A stretch of 64,000 bases of DNA, from the NCBI RefSeq assembly GCF_038025025.1, contig NW_027117350.1, positions 744,001-808,000 of the forward strand, in the 5' to 3' direction. How positions within the stretch are numbered: the first letter of the stretch is position 1; every line of letters starts with the position of its first letter. This DNA is from Phyllosticta citribraziliensis (lineage: Eukaryota). Below are positions 62,656-64,000 of the stretch, piece after piece. The translations under genes were made by a program, and so were the position numbers. The notes beneath the pieces were generated by a model. The model was not told where the DNA came from and searched no databases. It saw only the letters and a program-made list of their open reading frames with translations.

Positions 62656-63733
62656 CTACGCAGCGGCGGCGACGCTGTCGCTGCTGCCACCTCCGCCGCC
62701 CGCGCATATGAAGGGCGCGTTTTCCTGCAGGTCCTGGACCAGGTCTTGCACGTTGCTCAGGTATTGGCCGAGCAACCTCTGCTTTTCCTCGGTGCTGCGC
62801 GTCGCGCCGGGCAGAGGCTGCGCGTCATTGCTAGTCCGTCGGCGGTGCTCAGCACTCGTTGTTTTGCGGGGGCCCTTGGCGTTTGCGTTGGCAGTGGTCG
62901 AAGAAGAATTGCTGCTACTGCCACTGCTGCTTCTGACGTCGCCGACTGGCGCCTCAGGCATGAGATAAAAGTACAGAAACTCCATGATCTTGAGCTTGAG
63001 GGCGTTGGGAGTGCCGCGCGCCTTGAACAGCGAGGTGATGTTTTGCAGGCCGCCGGCCTTTTCAAAGGTGCGCGTGTTGGCCGGATGCGAGAGGAGCGCC
63101 GTGACGAGGACCAAGAGGGTGCGCGACTGCACCTTGTGGCATTCTTGGTAGTCGAGGAGGTCGAGGAGCAACTGTGTCACACGGATGGCTTGTCAGTTCC
63201 ATTGTTGCCGCAATGTCTCGGGTGGCGGCTTGCCGGGGCGATCAACGTACAGTCATGTAGATTTCTTGCTTGAATATGGAGCGCGACGGCGGGTGGAGAA
63301 GCAGGATGCCCTGCAGCAGATCCAGGGCCGCCACGACCAGGATGTTGTTTTGGCTGTCTGGGGTGGGTTCGCGGTTAGTCAGGGGGTCCATGGGGTTGCG
63401 AGCTTCGATGGGACTTACTCGACCTCATGCCGAGAAGGTGCTCCAAACAGGCAGTCAGCCTTGTGGCAACTGGCGGGGCGTTAGCTGGAGGCGTTTTGGT
63501 GGTTGGCACTGTGTATACGACGTACCGTTCCACTCGAAGCCTTCCTGCAGGCGGAAAAACTCTCGAAAGGCGGGATCATGATGCAGGGCCTTGAGGGGCT
63601 TTTGGCGGACGTGTTCGGCCCTGGACAGACAGATCTGGGCGAGGAGGCCCTCGATTTGGCGCAAGCCTTTGCGGATCTTGGCGACGTCGTTGGAGGTGAT
63701 GTTGTCGAAGGAGAGGTCGAGAAGCGCCTCCAT
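62656..63733 (-). CDS. Septation initiation network Cdc14 (S. pombe Cdc14-type SIN component, not the phosphatase), 4 exons
   Basis: MEALLDLSFDNI...KIRKGLRQIEGLLAQICL, DPAFREFFRLQEGFEWN, ALDLLQGILLLHPPSR, NTRTFE...KLKIMEFLYFYLMPE, TEEKQRLLGQYL. Confidence 0.9.
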
Positions 63734-64000
63734 GATGGGGGGAGGGACCGAGTCGGGAGTCGTCGAGGCAGCAGAAGCAAGTTGCAACTCGAGGCGCCAA
63801 CGGTAGGTAAATAATGGCTTGTGTTTAAAGGGTTGGCTGGGAGGAGGGCTTTGTGAGACCTGAGGTACAGGCGCGCAGAAGCCTGGTTCCTGGGCTGGCA
63901 CCCTTGCAGGTTTTGGGCTGTGGAGGTGGGAACTGCTGCAGTCTTCAGCTGCACTGGGGGAATGACTGGGTTGTCTGCCTCTAGCGTTCCGTGTACGGCT

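Noticed and set aside
3237..63273. Long antisense or alternate-frame ORFs (e.g. 3237-4100, 12853-13638, 31442-32725, 34034-34912, 44481-45710, 58583-59440, 62332-63273)
   Set aside because: They are shadows of GC-rich real CDSs and show no recognisable motifs.

Overview
Gene-dense window from a filamentous ascomycete genome. Short spliceosomal introns with CTRAC/CTAAC branch points point to Pezizomycotina; a Dothideomycete is plausible but only inferred. About 23 protein-coding genes can be supported. Housekeeping genes: glycine decarboxylase P (partial), RCC1, UTP21, VIP1, NAD kinase, ADE13, Tgl2-like lipase, UPF0052, a complex I subunit, an Shg1-domain protein, GPI11/PIG-F, translin, DUF4598, an eIF4E-family protein, an EF-hand protein and SIN Cdc14. 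A gene-sparse accessory block (~21.7-39.7 kb) holds a compact candidate secondary-metabolite cluster. Its core is an intact non-reducing PKS (SAT-KS-AT-PT-ACP-ACP-TE, ~2115 aa) divergently paired with an EthD-domain gene, flanked by a DUF1295 steroid-reductase-like gene and an alpha-glucoside permease. Other points of note: four GC-AG introns with an identical G|GCAAGT donor, several micro-exons, a 108-bp tandem duplication of an F-box motif, and GC3-rich 3' ends of many genes. No tRNA, rRNA, CRISPR array or transposon was recognised. Exon models were read by eye and no database searches were run.
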